Shown one piece after another: positions 18,652-29,133 of a stretch of 64,000 nt of DNA. Positions within the stretch are counted from its first letter, which is position 1. Each line of letters starts with the position of its first letter. Below the pieces are notes generated by a model. That model was not told where the DNA came from. It worked only from the letters and a program-made list of their open reading frames with translations, and ran no database searches. This DNA is from a virus. Where the stretch lies: IMG/VR virus record IMGVR_UViG_3300029121_000001; one strand, given 5' to 3'. The position numbers and the translations under genes were made by a program.

Positions 18652-21336
18652 TCACTCCCTATCTCTCAGACCAACAGTAGATTGCATCGGAATACGATGA
18701 CCAGATTTTGCAATACCATAGTATATCTCTTGTCTCTTACGCTGCAGATTCTTTTGAATTGTAAGAAGCTGACGATATTTCTTAGTAGAACCAGAAGATT
18801 CAGCACGACTAATTTCTCTATCTAGTACTTGAAGTTCAATATCAATCTCATCAAGAATCATTTTCTTTTCTTTATGAGAAGCATGCTTAGATAGAGCAAA
18901 TAGTGCAATAGCGCCAACGGCAGGAACAACCACTGTATGTGCAGCAAGACCTGCACCAGCCAATCCAATACCAATCTTAATAATCTTAGAGATACTATGA
19001 TTTACTTCACCAGTAATAATTTCTTCTCTATGATCAGTAGTATATAGCATCTTAACAGTCTTAAGAAGATGATTGAATTCAATATCTAGATCTCTAGACA
19101 TTTCTTGTTCTTTAGAATGTAGATCCTTACCCTTAGATCCTAGACCCTTTAGTGCAAGTTTTGCATCATTTAGAGTTTTGACAGCTTTTCCATATGCCTT
19201 GTCATTTTCTCCAGAATCATTAGAATCTTCATTGGAAGTATCATTTTTATCTTTTACATCTTCTTTGTCGTCATCTTTCTTAGAAGAAGATTTATCATCG
19301 GATTTTTTATCATCCTTATCATTCTTCTTCATTTTCTTATCAGAGGATTTATCTTCATAATAATCACTGCTATCTTTATCATTAAGCTTTCTGAAAGCCT
19401 TATTTGTCTTCGGCTTAATACCAACAGCTTTCTTAACATTAGCTACCGCTGTATTAGCAGCATTCTTTACAATACCTTCATGGAGCTCAATAACTCTAGC
19501 ACATAGATTAATTCTATCAGCAGCAGATTCTACTAAACTCATAGAAAAATCTGTATTAGAAGGAAGACTATTATAAGCCTCTTTGATCATATCATAATAT
19601 ATATTTCCTTCAGTATAACAATTATGAACAAATTCTTTTAGAACTCCACTATCTTTATCAAGAATAGGATTCATAATATCAAAGATAAGTTGTGCTTCTT
19701 CAATAGAAATATTTGCAGCGAGATCGCGATCAAAACGAAGACTATTAACAACTTCATCAATCGGAGAATCATTTAAAGATTCTGCTGCTTCAAGTATTCT
19801 ATATACATTGCAAATATTACGTTTATTATCTCTAGTAATATCTTTTGCATTTTCTTGAGATTCACTGAGAATAACTTTATACTTACTACGTAGACAGAAA
19901 TCAAAATATCCTTCTTGGATATTATAATACACTGCAGAATTTCTATTAGAAAGAATATTATTAGCACACTTAGAAGTAGATTCTACAAGTCTATGTAAAA
20001 CATCAGGATTTCCATTATAAGAATAAGATCTAAGCTTAATAGAAATATATTCAGATTCATCTACATAATTCAATATTGTAGATTCATTGACATCAGAAAT
20101 ATCTCCATCAGAAACAATCTTTTCAATCTTAATAGGAGTTTCTTTACTTCCTACTTCAATACTATGATCAATAAATTCTCCAGCATCTTGAGCATCAGTA
20201 ATAAGATTATGCATTTTGAATTTATCGATGTCATCAGAAGTAAAGCTCATAGGAATTGTATTGCCATCGCTATAAGAAGAATCATTAACTTCTGCTTCCC
20301 AAAGAGAACGTAGATTACATACTAAATCATCAGAATTCTTAATATTACTTTCTCCAATAATGCCAATTATATTATGAGCTTGCTTAGCATCCATCGGATC
20401 TTTGAAATCTTCGAATACAGTTTTAATATCGAAATCCATTTCATTAATCTTAGCAAAATCTTTTGCAGTGTTAATGATTGCATCAAAAGCACCTACATCA
20501 GAATAGTTTTCTCTAGCAAGTTCAATAATAGATTGCATCGATTTATTAGGATTAACTTTCCATTCATTAAGCTTATCAAACCAAGTTCCATTCTTAATAG
20601 GCCCATTCATAAGATATGGAACTAGACATGCAGCATTATTACTAAGAATCTTTGATTCAGTAATAGCTTTACGGTAACTCTGAATATCTTGAGCAGAGTT
20701 ATTATCGAATTCAAGAAAATAATCAGTAATATATTTTACAAGACGATCCTCACACATAGAACCAGTTCTGAAATTATTAATACTCTCTAGATAAGCAGCT
20801 TCTTCCAGTGCAATATTAAAATTAATATAATTACTTCTACCATAAGTACATACCATTTCACAAACAGTATGCATTCTATCTTTCTCACTCTTTCCTTTTA
20901 GAGAGTCAATTCTGAATCTCTTGGAAAGAGTTTTATGATTCTTTAGAATTCTATCGATTGATTTATAATTGTTAGCAGCTTCAGTAAGTCTATCTCGGTT
21001 AATATCTCCAATTACAGAATTATTGATTGCTGCAATGCAATTAGGAAGTTCAGAAGATTCCACTGTAGGAATAATATTAATAATAGTAGAATTTACAGTT
21101 TCTTCAAGGATATCAAACTGATTGTCCATATACATTGTTTCCATGAGAGATAATGCATCTTTATAAGATACACATTCTTTCAAAAATGTTTCAGTTCGAT
21201 ATCTATAGATATCCTTACTCTTTACATTATTAAGGTCAGGATATGCAACAGTATTCTCTTTAATCACTCTTTTGCGTTCAAGCGAAATCGTTCGCTTGTA
21301 AGCGTATTTCATGATATTCAGTGGTGTCGATACCAT
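18652..21336 (-). CDS. large hypothetical (virion-associated?) protein
   Basis: ORF track. Start trimmed to ATG 21336 (SD GGGAGG). K/D-rich stretch, hydrophobic hairpin IGIGLAGAGLAAHTVVVPAVGAIALFAL, charged C-terminal helix. Confidence 0.5.
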   Translation of the reverse strand: MVSTPLNIMKYAYKRTISLERKRVIKENTVAYPDLNNVKSKDIYRYRTETFLKECVSYKDALSLMETMYMDNQFDILEETVNSTIINIIPTVESSELPNCIAAINNSVIGDINRDRLTEAANNYKSIDRILKNHKTLSKRFRIDSLKGKSEKDRMHTVCEMVCTYGRSNYINFNIALEEAAYLESINNFRTGSMCEDRLVKYITDYFLEFDNNSAQDIQSYRKAITESKILSNNAACLVPYLMNGPIKNGTWFDKLNEWKVNPNKSMQSIIELARENYSDVGAFDAIINTAKDFAKINEMDFDIKTVFEDFKDPMDAKQAHNIIGIIGESNIKNSDDLVCNLRSLWEAEVNDSSYSDGNTIPMSFTSDDIDKFKMHNLITDAQDAGEFIDHSIEVGSKETPIKIEKIVSDGDISDVNESTILNYVDESEYISIKLRSYSYNGNPDVLHRLVESTSKCANNILSNRNSAVYYNIQEGYFDFCLRSKYKVILSESQENAKDITRDNKRNICNVYRILEAAESLNDSPIDEVVNSLRFDRDLAANISIEEAQLIFDIMNPILDKDSGVLKEFVHNCYTEGNIYYDMIKEAYNSLPSNTDFSMSLVESAADRINLCARVIELHEGIVKNAANTAVANVKKAVGIKPKTNKAFRKLNDKDSSDYYEDKSSDKKMKKNDKDDKKSDDKSSSKKDDDKEDVKDKNDTSNEDSNDSGENDKAYGKAVKTLNDAKLALKGLGSKGKDLHSKEQEMSRDLDIEFNHLLKTVKMLYTTDHREEIITGEVNHSISKIIKIGIGLAGAGLAAHTVVVPAVGAIALFALSKHASHKEKKMILDEIDIELQVLDREISRAESSGSTKKYRQLLTIQKNLQRKRQEIYYGIAKSGHRIPMQSTVGLRDRE

Positions 21337-21393
21337 TTTCAAAAACCTCCCAAATTATTTGTTTACTTATCTGTTCAGTTTTCATGGTTTAAC

Positions 21394-21432
21394 AAAAAAA
21401 AAATAAAAGGGAGTGAGCATTTGCCCACTCCC
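21394..21432 (-). terminator. intrinsic terminator
   Basis: Hairpin GGGAGTGAGC/GCCCACTCCC, then TTTTATTTTTTTTTT on the minus strand. Confidence 0.7.
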
Positions 21433-21440
21433 AATTATTC

Positions 21441-21902
21441 TTAGATCTTGACAGCACATTCGTCAAGAACGGCTGTGATCTTCGCAACGATTTCTCGGAC
21501 CTGCTGGGGATTACGCCCAGTATGATCAGAGATCTCGCTGATCCAGCTATCGAGATCAGTTGCAAATTTCTTTACATTGATCTCGGTCTGGAAATAGCCG
21601 CCATTGCTACCATAGGTCTTCAGCCCAAAGCTGACGCCACCATAGAGACAATGGTTGAAATCATTGCCTCCCTTTGTAGCAACATTCCTCTCCAGGAATG
21701 CTTCGCCAATGGTCTTGCCGTCTTTGACGACATAGGCCTCGGCCTTGCCAGACCACTGGCAAATGTCTTTGGCAATTCCAGTAACCTGATAGGTACTGGT
21801 AATTGCCTTCTTGTAGAAGGTGACATCAGTTACCTTCGCACGGTTGCAGTAGTCATTGACCATCTGCAGGAATTCGTTCTTCTGTGCTGTGTTGATCATC
21901 AT
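21441..21902 (-). CDS. hypothetical protein, G+C-rich codon usage (probably highly expressed)
   Basis: ORF track. SD AGGAGG. Composition resembles 15742..17496. Confidence 0.55.
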   Translation of the reverse strand: MMINTAQKNEFLQMVNDYCNRAKVTDVTFYKKAITSTYQVTGIAKDICQWSGKAEAYVVKDGKTIGEAFLERNVATKGGNDFNHCLYGGVSFGLKTYGSNGGYFQTEINVKKFATDLDSWISEISDHTGRNPQQVREIVAKITAVLDECAVKI

Positions 21903-22011
21903 AAGTACCTCCTAATTGTACTTCCATAAATATAATGAATATTCTTCTAAGAAGAAATATATTTATCCTTCTTATCACTTTTATACTATACAAGTGAAAT
22001 ATTGAATTATT

Positions 22012-22050
22012 TAAAAAAAATAAAAGGCCTAAGGATTTACTCCTTAGGCC
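22012..22050 (-). terminator. intrinsic terminator
   Basis: Hairpin GGCCTAAGGA/TCCTTAGGCC, then TTTTATTTTTTTT on the minus strand. Confidence 0.7.
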
Positions 22051-22089
22051 CTTATGTGGAGATATAAAACTTGGGAAATTTTTGGTAAA

Positions 22090-22100
22090 TGATGGACGCA
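22090..22100. repeat. 11-nt direct repeat TGATGGACGCA, copy 1
   Basis: Exact copy 30 nt downstream (22120..22130). Confidence 0.8.
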
Positions 22101-22119
22101 AATGAAACTGAATATATAG

Positions 22120-22130
22120 TGATGGACGCA
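22120..22130. repeat. 11-nt direct repeat TGATGGACGCA, copy 2
   Basis: Exact copy of 22090..22100. Confidence 0.8.
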
Positions 22131-22494
22131 CTATATTTTATATAAAATAGAATTACTTCTATCTTATAACAAAGAAACCCGATAGATTGGATTAACAGAG
22201 GTTAACCACGGAGATATCTATCGGGAGTGAACAAGAAGATCGACAAAGAAAAATGTCAAATTCATATAAAAAGGAGATTCAACATGATGATTGAATTTGA
22301 AGACGAATCTATTCCCGCGCATAAATAGATAGTCAAAAAGATATGAATTTGCATTTTGACAAATAGATGATGTGATGGAATCTGTGTCAAGCATTCGAAA
22401 GGATGTGAAACTCAACCCTAGAACAGTTCAGAGGAACCAAAGACGCATCTCCTTGCCACTACTTAGTAGTTATACGTGTTATAAAATAATATTT

Positions 22495-23556
22495 TTAATA
22501 TAGCCATCGATGGGTAATAACTTTTTCATTTATTCTATTAAGAGGAACTCCAAAGTCTTTTTCTCCAGGAAATATATTTCTATGCTCATATATAAAAGCT
22601 CTATATGGAGACATAGATCTCACTAAATCTTCAATCATATATTTACTACCAGCATCATCATTATCAGGATAAATATGAAGCTCAAAATAGAATAATTTAA
22701 AAGTATTGATTAAATGCATTACTAAACTCTTATATCCAGATCCAGTAATCGCAGCAAATATAGAATTCTTTTGATCATTGGATCTTAGATTATGCTTAAT
22801 ACTGAGGATATCGAATGGACCTTCTGCAATATGAATACTTACTCTGACTGGCTGTGTAAGATCTATTGTAGAATGCAGTATATACATCTTCTCAGTATTG
22901 TCTCTCTTATTATGAATATTATAATTGATATATCGTTTATCAATTCCTTCATAAACAATACCTTCATTACATATTCTTCTAAGATTAACGAAATTATTAT
23001 CTAGGCTAAGAAATCCAACAAAATTATCATTTAATTGAGATACAATATTCGGATGTCTTGTAAGAGGAAGATTCATAGATCCTAAGCAATCACCAAGATT
23101 CAATATAATCTTATCTTGAATACAATCTGCAAAAGTAAGATTAGTTCCTAAACGATTATTGATATAATCTAATTTTATTTTTGCAAGATGCTCATTATAA
23201 ATTACATTATTGAAGCTATACCATATTTTGTCATATCCTACAAATTTATTTGCTTTCGCAGCTTCTTTGTTAATCTTATCTAGATTTACTGCAATAGTAG
23301 GATCATACATTCCCCAATCTAAAAGAGTTCTAGAATCTAATGCGCCAGCAGCATGACATTTAAAACAGTTAAACAATACAGGATCATCTGCTTGTTGTGG
23401 TACTTTGATATACATATGTCCATGAGAAGGATCTCTAGAATCTGGACAATATCTACATCTACAAACAATTTCTTTACCACCAGATACTTCTCTTGCTCCA
23501 GGAATTTTAGATTTAATAAAGTTTATAAATTGCTGTCCAAACAAAAATTCATTCAT
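22495..23556 (-). CDS. DNA primase (Zn-ribbon plus TOPRIM)
   Basis: Zn finger CRCRYCPDS...CFKCH, TOPRIM motifs IAEGPFDILS and IYPDNDDAG. Start trimmed to ATG 23556 (SD GGAGGA). Confidence 0.7.
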   Translation of the reverse strand: MNEFLFGQQFINFIKSKIPGAREVSGGKEIVCRCRYCPDSRDPSHGHMYIKVPQQADDPVLFNCFKCHAAGALDSRTLLDWGMYDPTIAVNLDKINKEAAKANKFVGYDKIWYSFNNVIYNEHLAKIKLDYINNRLGTNLTFADCIQDKIILNLGDCLGSMNLPLTRHPNIVSQLNDNFVGFLSLDNNFVNLRRICNEGIVYEGIDKRYINYNIHNKRDNTEKMYILHSTIDLTQPVRVSIHIAEGPFDILSIKHNLRSNDQKNSIFAAITGSGYKSLVMHLINTFKLFYFELHIYPDNDDAGSKYMIEDLVRSMSPYRAFIYEHRNIFPGEKDFGVPLNRINEKVITHRWLY

Positions 23557-23594
23557 ATACATTTCCTCCTAATTATATTGGAGTCATAATTTAT

Positions 23595-23634
23595 ATTAAA
23601 AATAAAAGAGGAGAACTCGTAATGAGTTCTCCTC
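23595..23634 (-). terminator. intrinsic terminator
   Basis: Hairpin GAGGAGAACTC/GAGTTCTCCTC, then TTTTATTTTT on the minus strand. Confidence 0.7.
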
Positions 23635-23642
23635 AGTTTTAA

Positions 23643-24128
23643 TCATTGCGCAATTTCAATAGGAACATCATTAGTTTTACAATTAATGGTAATCATATCA
23701 CCATACCGAAGAATAGTAATAAAATGATTATCATTAGAGGTTGATGTAAAATTAACGGCCATAGAAACAAGATCATGGATGGCACCATTAAGCTTAAGAT
23801 CAATTAGTCTAGCCCAAAGTGCTTCTGCATAATCCTGAAGACGAACTGCTTCACCAACAAGAATCATATTCTTAAAGATAGAATACTTAATGGTGCAAGC
23901 AAAGTTACCAGAATCATCAAAATTATATCCTGTGCAAGACTCATGATAGCTCTTAAGGTGCGAATAAAGAGAACTAGATACGATTCTAATCCATAGATCA
24001 TCGATCTGTGTCATCCACATAAAATAATCAGGATGATCTTTATCAGCAGCAAGAATAAATTCCATACGTTTATCTCCACCAAGATTAAACGTATTACTCT
24101 GATATGTTTTCTTATCTGCAATAGCCAT
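23643..24128 (-). CDS. hypothetical protein
   Basis: ORF track. SD AAGGAG. Confidence 0.5.
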   Translation of the reverse strand: MAIADKKTYQSNTFNLGGDKRMEFILAADKDHPDYFMWMTQIDDLWIRIVSSSLYSHLKSYHESCTGYNFDDSGNFACTIKYSIFKNMILVGEAVRLQDYAEALWARLIDLKLNGAIHDLVSMAVNFTSTSNDNHFITILRYGDMITINCKTNDVPIEIAQ

Positions 24129-24140
24129 AATATATTCTCC

Positions 24141-25715
24141 TTAGCAAAGTAATACGAAGACTTCTACTTCTTCGATAATAGAATTTACATTTACGGTATT
24201 GAGGATTTTACCATCAATATTAGGATCCATATCAACAATAGAGAAATCAGAAGAGATGATTGTAGCGACAATGCTTAATATATCGCCAACCACTTTATCA
24301 CTCTTATATTTCTCAAGAATCAGAGGATAAGAAGGAGAAGCTTCTACCATAACCTTCTCTTTCTTATTCACATTCTTGCGTTGGACAAGCTTCTCAACTT
24401 TTCCAGAAATGATATACGGGAGAATTACCATATTCTTAGAAATGAGAAGTTTCTTAGCAGCAATTACCAACTTGATAAAGTCTACTCGATTAATGGAATG
24501 AATAGACTGAGTATCACCAAACCAATGAGAAAACAGATTAGATATAAGTTGCTTTTGGAACGAATTGATCGTATAATTTCCATTAGCATCAATCAGAATT
24601 CTCTGGGTATAGTGTTCAATCTCAACAGGATCAAAAGGTCCAAACATGTCCTCGATTCTCTTCATACATGTTTCACCATTAATTTTATTCTGAAGATAAA
24701 GACCTTCATTAGATCTGATAAGATTAGATTCAAACTTATCAAAATCAGAAATGGAATCATTATCTCTCTTAGAAGAACTAATAGGAACATAAGAAAATTC
24801 AAAAGAAATATCAGTAATCTTATAACTAGTATTTCTACGAATAGACGCATAGTTAAAAGAAATGATATTCTTATCGAATGTATACTTGGGCATGATGTTG
24901 AGAATGATATTATGTACAGAATCTGTGCTATGTGTAGTTGTGTCAATAGAACGAATATCCTGCTTAACCCAAATACCTTGGTTATTCTTCTGATTTGCAG
25001 TTACATTAGTAAATGCAGTATCATAGAGCTTAGCATAAATATTTACACTAGGATCCATATGAAGAATCACATCATAGAATGCAAGCAGAAAATCATCAAT
25101 GACATCAACCTTATGCATATAAGCATAATTAGTTAAAAGAGGAATGCACAGATCAATTAGAATAGACATCTTATGCAGAAGCTTTGCATGTTCATTGGTA
25201 TATTGCAAAGTAGGGTTCTTGATATTAGAATAATTGAGTTCTTGATAATAATTATCTTGAACCATTTGTTCTACTTTCTTTGCAATATTGCTTCTAATAA
25301 TATATCTATCCATATCATAGAATAAAGCATCTGCAGAATATGCAGATGCATCGTATCTATCCATGTTCATCTTCATCTTAAGCAACACGGACATATATTC
25401 CCAATCAGGATCATAATAATTGCAAAAGTAGTTGATGTACTTGAATAGATGCGTACGCATGTCAGCCGAATTATAACATTTCTTAGTAGAAAGCATGAAA
25501 TAATTCAGTTTATCATTAGGATCGATATTGAGTCCAAAGATAATACTAAGTGGTGCAATAAAGAAACCAGGTTTACAGTTGATAATTACTTCGTTTTCAT
25601 TAGCAGGAGTCCAGAGGTCTACAGGTACAAACTGAGTTCTATTATCTCTTCGAGGTTTACAGAACTCATCCAAAAAGTATATTGCGTTAAGTTTACCTTC
25701 CATTGATGCGCCCAT
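24141..25715 (-). CDS. hypothetical protein (524 aa)
   Basis: ORF track. SD AGGGAG upstream of ATG 25715. Confidence 0.5.
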   Translation of the reverse strand: MGASMEGKLNAIYFLDEFCKPRRDNRTQFVPVDLWTPANENEVIINCKPGFFIAPLSIIFGLNIDPNDKLNYFMLSTKKCYNSADMRTHLFKYINYFCNYYDPDWEYMSVLLKMKMNMDRYDASAYSADALFYDMDRYIIRSNIAKKVEQMVQDNYYQELNYSNIKNPTLQYTNEHAKLLHKMSILIDLCIPLLTNYAYMHKVDVIDDFLLAFYDVILHMDPSVNIYAKLYDTAFTNVTANQKNNQGIWVKQDIRSIDTTTHSTDSVHNIILNIMPKYTFDKNIISFNYASIRRNTSYKITDISFEFSYVPISSSKRDNDSISDFDKFESNLIRSNEGLYLQNKINGETCMKRIEDMFGPFDPVEIEHYTQRILIDANGNYTINSFQKQLISNLFSHWFGDTQSIHSINRVDFIKLVIAAKKLLISKNMVILPYIISGKVEKLVQRKNVNKKEKVMVEASPSYPLILEKYKSDKVVGDILSIVATIISSDFSIVDMDPNIDGKILNTVNVNSIIEEVEVFVLLC

Positions 25716-25771
25716 TATGTTTTCTCCCTTTAAAAAGTTTTATTGACAGATAATGCTCTATATCTATCAGA

Positions 25772-25783
25772 ATTATAATATCT
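25772..25783 (-). promoter_or_regulatory. promoter-like motif AGATATTATAAT
   Basis: Minus strand reads GAAAAGATATTATAATTCTG, upstream of 24141..25715. Confidence 0.4.
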
Positions 25784-25793
25784 TTTCGATGCT

Positions 25794-26573
25794 TTATTTA
25801 AAAGGCTTTTTAAATTTTAAATCAAATTTAACTTGTCCATTCTTGTTAAAATCAATTTTCTTAAAATGTCCAAAGTCTTTTTTGTTAGGGCTAGCAAATA
25901 CAGGTGGAATTGGGTTTGTTATCCTAGTTTTATTCTGGGATTTAACGATATTTTCTTTTCTACGATTTTCTCTAGCAATAGCGTTACCTTTTTCTTGACG
26001 TTCTCTGATTTTATCCTCAGCATGCTCAATCTGTTTCCATATATCTTTAGAATAAGGTTTAGCCTTAATATCCCATTGAGATTTAGAAAATAGATTAAAT
26101 TGCTTAATAGCAAAATACATGAATACCAGAGATTTTACATAGCCAATTTCATCCTTAGGGTTCTTCTCAACTGCTTTCTTATCAAGAGCAGCTTTGATCA
26201 TTTTAGGTTCTAGATCTTTGATAAACATTCCATTCTTTTTAAAAGCATGAGCAAATGTATATACAAAGCTAGGATCATTAGAATAAAATTGAACTTCATA
26301 TGTATTCAAACTTGAAGGAAGAGTACCAGAAGTTTTATGCTTGTCAATATAAAATAAAGCTACTGTATCATAATAAAATTTTGGTACAACTTCAGAAGGA
26401 ATCTTAAAATGAAGATAGTAATTATCTTTATCTCTATAGAGATAGTAATTAATCTTACCATTTTCTCTAACTAGAAGATCGTTCCATTTCCGATTGTACA
26501 TATCCATGAGTACTTGTCTATTTGTAACAACAGAACCACCCATAGGATTCTTTATGTATTGGTCGTATGTCAT
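25794..26573 (-). CDS. hypothetical protein with basic C-terminal tail
   Basis: ORF track. Start trimmed to ATG 26573 (SD GGAGG). K/R-rich last 70 aa. Confidence 0.5.
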   Translation of the reverse strand: MTYDQYIKNPMGGSVVTNRQVLMDMYNRKWNDLLVRENGKINYYLYRDKDNYYLHFKIPSEVVPKFYYDTVALFYIDKHKTSGTLPSSLNTYEVQFYSNDPSFVYTFAHAFKKNGMFIKDLEPKMIKAALDKKAVEKNPKDEIGYVKSLVFMYFAIKQFNLFSKSQWDIKAKPYSKDIWKQIEHAEDKIRERQEKGNAIARENRRKENIVKSQNKTRITNPIPPVFASPNKKDFGHFKKIDFNKNGQVKFDLKFKKPFK

Positions 26574-26639
26574 TTCAACCTCCACATATAATAATACTCA
26601 TGGGAGAAGAGTTGATGCTCTTCTCCCATGATTTATGTA

Positions 26640-28469
26640 TTAATAACGCACAGCGAGAGCAGGTGTCTGAAGAATAGCCTGGTTTGCAGTAAACATGATG
26701 GTGATAATCTTGGAAATAGTATCAAGAATCATGGGTTCGGATTCAATGGAAGTAAGAACCTTACCATCATACTGCTCAGTATTCATATTAAAAGGAATAC
26801 CATTTTTAGCCATGTTATTAGCAATCTCACTAACAGTTGTACTCTGATACATGGTGCCATAAAGGGAATGAATGGCCTCATTATATGCATTGTACAAAAT
26901 GTTAACGATATTGCAAGCATACTTATACTCTTCATCAGATGCATCTCTAAAATCATTTTCAATAGTCTTACCATTAGTAATACTATATCCAACAGCATTA
27001 GCACCGTAGCCAACACCATTCTTAGCAGCAGAACGAGTATTCAGAACAGCATCTTCAACAAGGTCACGAAGCGAATCTCTATCAGAAATAGAAATACCAC
27101 CAACAAAGATTTCAATCATATTGCAGCGAATTGCATTAAGTTGACGCTTCAGAGAACCAAGTGTACCAACATTTCCTGCCTGAGAGGAGAGACTATTATA
27201 CTGTGCCTGAATAAAGTTTACAATACTGTTATATGTATCACTATATACAGGCTTATCATCATTATCGTAGATGATATTACCATTATCATCAGTCTTATAC
27301 ATCAAAGCAGGATCGATAACCTTAGTACGAGTTTCATCAGCATCAATCTCATTTGCAGTACCATAGAAATTATCGCAAACAGTATCTAGAGTAGGAGCTA
27401 GACCACTTTCCTGATCCTGCTTCTTGATCTTATCATCGATATATTTCTTAATGGGCTTACAACCACATAGCTGAGAAATATAATCGATATAATTCTCATC
27501 AAGCCCTACATAATTCGTTACAATCAGAATAGGAGGTTTCTGGCTATAAGAAGATTCAGGATACTGAAGTAGCATCTGAACAATACGGCGCATATAAGCC
27601 TGAGCATCACGACTAATCTGAGGTGCAAAGATGGCAGTAGGAATATACTTACCATCTCTGCGAGTAAAATGATCCATGATGTTAGACTCAATAATCTTCT
27701 GGAATAGTGCAAGCTGTTCAGGCGTATCGATAGTTTCTGCAAAGTGATAGATACGCAACGGATGAGTAGTAGTAGAATGAATTACACAAGAATGTGTATC
27801 AATGCTATTAATCATTGCAGGATCAGAATAACCAGATTCAATAGTTACACCATCATAAGTCTTGATGTAAGTATTCTCATTGGTAGATGCAGAAACATCA
27901 ATAAAGACATTCATTCCATATTCAGAATAAATTTCCTTTAGTGTATCTGCAATATATTCATTTCCATTTGTAGAAATATATGCAATGTCATAAATATCAT
28001 CAAGAGTGCATTCATGACCTTTTGCACGAATCTTCTCAGAAATACTAGAGATAACTTTCTTAAAGATTCTCATAGTTTCATAAGGATTAGACGGAAGATT
28101 ACCTTCAGCTTCTGCTTTACAGAGACCATTGAAGATATTAGAAGACATGACAACAATAGAAGAAGTGCCATCGCCAACAGTCTTTTCGATATGTCGAGTA
28201 GCATTTTCAATTTCAGACTTAATAGCCATTTCAATGGGTTCCTGATACTTGACATTCTTAATGATCTTATTACCATCCTTAGTATATTCTGCAACAATAT
28301 CTGCATCAGAATTACCACGGATAATTAGAGAGTTAGATCCAGCAGGACCCATAGAAGGAATGATCGCATTTGCAAGATCCTGAAGAACCTTCTGCTGAAC
28401 ATCACGAAGCTTGGTACCAGAAACAACATTGTTTACACTACCAATAGAAATCTGGTTAGCTATTGCCAT
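26640..28469 (-). CDS. phage-encoded chaperonin (GroEL/Cpn60-like)
   Basis: SMGPAGSNSLI (cf. TLGPKGRNVV), TKDG, GDGTSSIVVMS (cf. GDGTTTATVLA), about 600 aa. Confidence 0.65.
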   Translation of the reverse strand: MAIANQISIGSVNNVVSGTKLRDVQQKVLQDLANAIIPSMGPAGSNSLIIRGNSDADIVAEYTKDGNKIIKNVKYQEPIEMAIKSEIENATRHIEKTVGDGTSSIVVMSSNIFNGLCKAEAEGNLPSNPYETMRIFKKVISSISEKIRAKGHECTLDDIYDIAYISTNGNEYIADTLKEIYSEYGMNVFIDVSASTNENTYIKTYDGVTIESGYSDPAMINSIDTHSCVIHSTTTHPLRIYHFAETIDTPEQLALFQKIIESNIMDHFTRRDGKYIPTAIFAPQISRDAQAYMRRIVQMLLQYPESSYSQKPPILIVTNYVGLDENYIDYISQLCGCKPIKKYIDDKIKKQDQESGLAPTLDTVCDNFYGTANEIDADETRTKVIDPALMYKTDDNGNIIYDNDDKPVYSDTYNSIVNFIQAQYNSLSSQAGNVGTLGSLKRQLNAIRCNMIEIFVGGISISDRDSLRDLVEDAVLNTRSAAKNGVGYGANAVGYSITNGKTIENDFRDASDEEYKYACNIVNILYNAYNEAIHSLYGTMYQSTTVSEIANNMAKNGIPFNMNTEQYDGKVLTSIESEPMILDTISKIITIMFTANQAILQTPALAVRY

Positions 28470-29127
28470 TAGTATTATCTCCTTTTAAATTTCTAAAATC
28501 TTTTCCAAAGAGAATAAATTGGTTTTGGGTTGCAAATCTAGTTTCATCTTTATCAATATAATCAAGACTATATTGCAAAGGTGTAATATAGATTTTCTTA
28601 TGTACAATTTTATTCTTATTATATCTATCAAAGAATCTATAATCGTTTATATAAAAAACTTCTCTAGATAAAATAAGTTTATCTGCTTTATTGATAAAAA
28701 CTGGTCTATTAAAATGCTTATAAATCTCTTCTTCTTCAATAGAATCGTTAACAGCAATAGCTGTATTGATTCCAACATCTGCTCTAGATGAAATTGCTAA
28801 ACTTACAAAATTAAAGATATCACTAAAAATAATAGCATTATCAATAATTTCTTGCTTATACGATTCAAAGAAAGATTTATAAAGAGAATCGATTTCACTA
28901 AGCATATCTGGATTAACAATAACTGACAATGGATTTGGATTATTACGAGAATATAGGAGTGATAGCATTGTTCTATCACTCCTATTTAACTTCTCTAAAT
29001 CGAAAACCTTATCATCTTGAAAATTGCCTTGAATGAATTTAATCAATCCAATGTCAGTATTGACAATTAGATCGAAGTCTATTACAGATGTAACAACTCG
29101 ACCATTTAGATTGTGTTCATTTGGCAT
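28456..29127 (-). CDS. hypothetical protein (overlaps the chaperonin start by 14 nt)
   Basis: ORF track. SD GGAG. Confidence 0.5.
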   Translation of the reverse strand: MPNEHNLNGRVVTSVIDFDLIVNTDIGLIKFIQGNFQDDKVFDLEKLNRSDRTMLSLLYSRNNPNPLSVIVNPDMLSEIDSLYKSFFESYKQEIIDNAIIFSDIFNFVSLAISSRADVGINTAIAVNDSIEEEEIYKHFNRPVFINKADKLILSREVFYINDYRFFDRYNKNKIVHKKIYITPLQYSLDYIDKDETRFATQNQFILFGKDFRNLKGDNTNGNS

Positions 29128-29133
29128 TTCAAA

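Noticed and set aside
21853-22131. 92-aa minus-strand ORF
   Set aside because: It reads straight through a terminator hairpin and the SD and start of 21441..21902. Its repeated MRPS..LRPS only reflects the TGATGGACGCA DNA repeat.
22170-22480. A fourth group I intron, or a tRNA or tmRNA
   Set aside because: There is no GACUA/UAGUC P7 pair on either strand, no downstream exon that extends the primase, and no T-loop or acceptor-stem features.
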